This document shows positions 62,181 through 64,000 of a stretch of DNA of 64,000 nucleotides, piece by piece; the stretch's first letter is position 1, and every line of letters begins with the position of its first letter. The DNA lies in NCBI GenBank assembly GCA_001871115.1, contig MNUR01000129.1, positions 3,869 to 67,868 on the forward strand. Direction: 5' to 3'. Origin of the DNA: Elusimicrobia bacterium CG1_02_56_21 (GTDB lineage Bacteria > Elusimicrobiota > Elusimicrobia > Elusimicrobiales > UBA9959). The notes beneath the pieces are model-generated. The model ran no database searches. It worked only from the letters and a program-made list of their open reading frames with translations, and was not told where the DNA came from. The translations under genes were made by a program, and so were the position numbers.

Positions 62181-63569
62181 TCAGTTTTTCAGAATGTCTA
62201 TACGCCGCCACAACCCGGAACGGAAACGGAGCAGGAAAAAGAGAGAAAGCAGGAAGACATGGAAGCTGCCCCAGGCCCAGGCATGCTCCAGGTCCCCGCC
62301 GGCCCGGTGCAGGATATACCAGGCCCCCGGAACGAACAGCAGCCAGGCGGCTGCGCTGGCGCCTATCATCTGGAAACGGGTGTCCCCGGCCCCTCGCAGA
62401 GCGTCAGAGAATACTATGGAGACGGTATCGAAGAAGATGAAAACCGCCAGGATCTTCATAAGAGGCCGGCTGAGGGCCAGGATCTCGGCATATTCCGCGG
62501 TATGCCCGGAGCCGAAAATATTGATAAAGAATCCGGGCGCCGCGATAAACAAAAGACCGAAGACAAGGGCATAGATACCGGCCAGCCTCGCGGCGTTATA
62601 GGTGACCCGCATTGAGACATCCGGCTTTTTCATCCCTATGTATTTTCCCGCCAGCGTCAGCGTGGCCAGGCCCAGCCCTATTACCGGCATGAAAACCAGC
62701 ATGTTTATTGAAACGATTATATTGCTGGCCGCCAGGGAGACCTTGTCTATTCCGCCTATGATAAAAATGAAAGCCCCGAATGACGCTACGTCGAGAAAGA
62801 ACCCCGCGCCGCTGGGAGCTCCGTACTTTATAAGCCTTGCGAACATGGCTTTATGCACGCCCACCAGCCTGGAAGTGCGGTAGCGGCGGCGGTTATAAGC
62901 GGAGAAAATAAGGCGCAGGTAGATCGCAGTTATCAGCATCTGGCCGGCCGCCGACGCAAAACCGGCCCCCCTTATTCCCAGTTCGGGAAAGGGGCCTACG
63001 CCGAAGATAAGGACCCAGGACAGCAGCACGCAGAGAGCATTGCCGGCTATGGTCACCCTCATTGCTACCTTGGTTTTGCCACGGCCTATGAAAAAGGCGG
63101 CCAGGGCCGTATTCAGAACCGGGAACCCGGCGAAAGAATTGAGGATAGTGAAATAAGGACGCTCCAGCGCGCGGACCGCCGCCTCGTGCCCGGAATGGTC
63201 GATTATATACAAACCTAAAGGGCCGAGCAGCAGGAGCAGCAGGCCGGAAGCCAGCGCAACCCAGACTCCCTGCCAGACGGCCACCGAAACGCTGGCCTGC
63301 TTGCCCCTCCCGTAATACTGCGAAACAAAAGCGTTAGTATAAGTGGCCGTCCCCAGAAAAAAGCAAAGCAGTGTAAAGCTTAAAATACCGGCGGGAACGC
63401 ACGCCGCGAGAGCGGCCGGGCTGTAATGAGCCAGGAACACCCGGTTTATAAACTGCATTATGGTATGGGAAGCGGTGGAGAGAATGAGCGGATAAGCCAC
63501 GGAAAGAAGTTCTCCGTACCCGCCTTCATTTTTGTTTAAAACCGCATGGACCATATTCGAACCGGCCAC
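62181..63569 (-). CDS. MATE family efflux transporter
   Basis: 462 aa, 12 TM helices, N-terminal LLSVAYPLILSTASHTIMQFINRVFL typical of MATE. GTG start, or ATG 15 nt downstream. Confidence 0.8.
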   Translation of the reverse strand: MAGSNMVHAVLNKNEGGYGELLSVAYPLILSTASHTIMQFINRVFLAHYSPAALAACVPAGILSFTLLCFFLGTATYTNAFVSQYYGRGKQASVSVAVWQGVWVALASGLLLLLLGPLGLYIIDHSGHEAAVRALERPYFTILNSFAGFPVLNTALAAFFIGRGKTKVAMRVTIAGNALCVLLSWVLIFGVGPFPELGIRGAGFASAAGQMLITAIYLRLIFSAYNRRRYRTSRLVGVHKAMFARLIKYGAPSGAGFFLDVASFGAFIFIIGGIDKVSLAASNIIVSINMLVFMPVIGLGLATLTLAGKYIGMKKPDVSMRVTYNAARLAGIYALVFGLLFIAAPGFFINIFGSGHTAEYAEILALSRPLMKILAVFIFFDTVSIVFSDALRGAGDTRFQMIGASAAAWLLFVPGAWYILHRAGGDLEHAWAWGSFHVFLLSLFFLLRFRSGLWRRIDILKN

Positions 63570-63615
63570 TAGGGACTTTGCAGAACTCCCGCCAATCTTC
63601 TAATCCTCCAGTCCT

Positions 63616-64000
63616 CTAATCTTCTATCATATCCGCGTAAGCTCCGGAAACAAGGTCGCGCTTTTTAATATTCAGGAGAGCCATTAATTTCCCTGCCTCC
63701 AGGCGGCCTTTAGCCGGAGCTTCCCCCCTCCTGAGAACCACCTCCAGCTCTATAAAGCGGCCAAGGCCCTTTACCTCGTCAAAATGAATACGGGTCCGGC
63801 CTGTAAGACAGACTATCCTTTTTTTAACGACTTTTTTAAGTACGCCCAGCAGTTTAGAAAAACGGCGCAGCACCGGGGCAGCGGCGGTTAGGGGGACTAT
63901 TCTGTAATCTGAAATTTTAGGGCCTTTAAGCCCGGGGCGGCGGTAGAATACCAGGTAATCCCAGGCGCCGCGCTGCCGGCGCAGCTTAAGCCGGCCGTTC
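63616..64000 (-). CDS. class IV adenylate cyclase / CYTH domain protein (5' end beyond the window)
   Basis: The frame stays open past the listed GTG at 63873 to the window edge (..NGRLKLRRQRGAWDYLVFYRRPGLKGPKISDYRIVPL..). C-terminal RIHFDEVKGLGRFIELEV is the CyaB/CYTH signature. Confidence 0.65.
   Translation of the reverse strand, partial: NGRLKLRRQRGAWDYLVFYRRPGLKGPKISDYRIVPLTAAAPVLRRFSKLLGVLKKVVKKRIVCLTGRTRIHFDEVKGLGRFIELEVVLRRGEAPAKGRLEAGKLMALLNIKKRDLVSGAYADMIED

Overview
This is a 64-kb, high-GC chromosomal window from a diderm bacterium, judged from TolC, OmpA/Pal-like and LysM proteins and lipoprotein signal peptides. It is gene-dense, with about 67 protein genes and many 4-nt ATGA/GTGA stop-start overlaps. 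I recognised no rRNA, tRNA, CRISPR array, transposase or integrase. Housekeeping content includes lemA, an M24 peptidase, a GT2 enzyme, rsmA and murC. It also includes a sensor kinase with a LysM protein, rdgB, dcd, rplM-rpsI, a 5'-nucleotidase cluster, a HIT protein, the classical rpsU-dnaG-rpoD block and rplU-rpmA-obg. Further genes are anmK, a Nudix hydrolase, cysK-cysE, argF, several MFS/MATE transporters and a TetR-headed TolC-HlyD-ABC2 (YbhGFSR-like) efflux operon. The stand-out accessory locus (46.2-52 kb) is an hgcA-hgcB mercury-methylation gene pair. It is transcribed divergently from an operon of arsR, a vicinal-Cys HesB-like protein, arsC and acr3, possibly extended by a PhnD-like binding protein. 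The two share an ~80-bp control region holding a consensus, apparently leaderless arsR promoter and a palindromic operator. Four sequence-level oddities are not explained by genes. (i) Tandem GRRRRTC heptanucleotide arrays fill the only two intercistronic gaps of the efflux operon and recur after rpoD. (ii) There are two copies of an AT-rich hairpin with 23-25-bp arms and a shared GGTGACACA-NN-ACTTAATT core. (iii) A recurring promoter geometry (-35 TTGCNN/TTGACT, N17, -10, then ATG 6-10 nt later, no Shine-Dalgarno) implies leaderless mRNAs for rplM, rplU, HIT, arsR, rdgB, an rlmI-like gene and others. (iv) Several enzyme homologues look catalytically degenerate: a 5'-nucleotidase paralogue, an AphA-like protein, a P-loop-less THEP1-like NTPase and a squalene-synthase-like protein. 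All functional calls come from reading the translated ORFs against remembered family motifs. No searches or computations were run.
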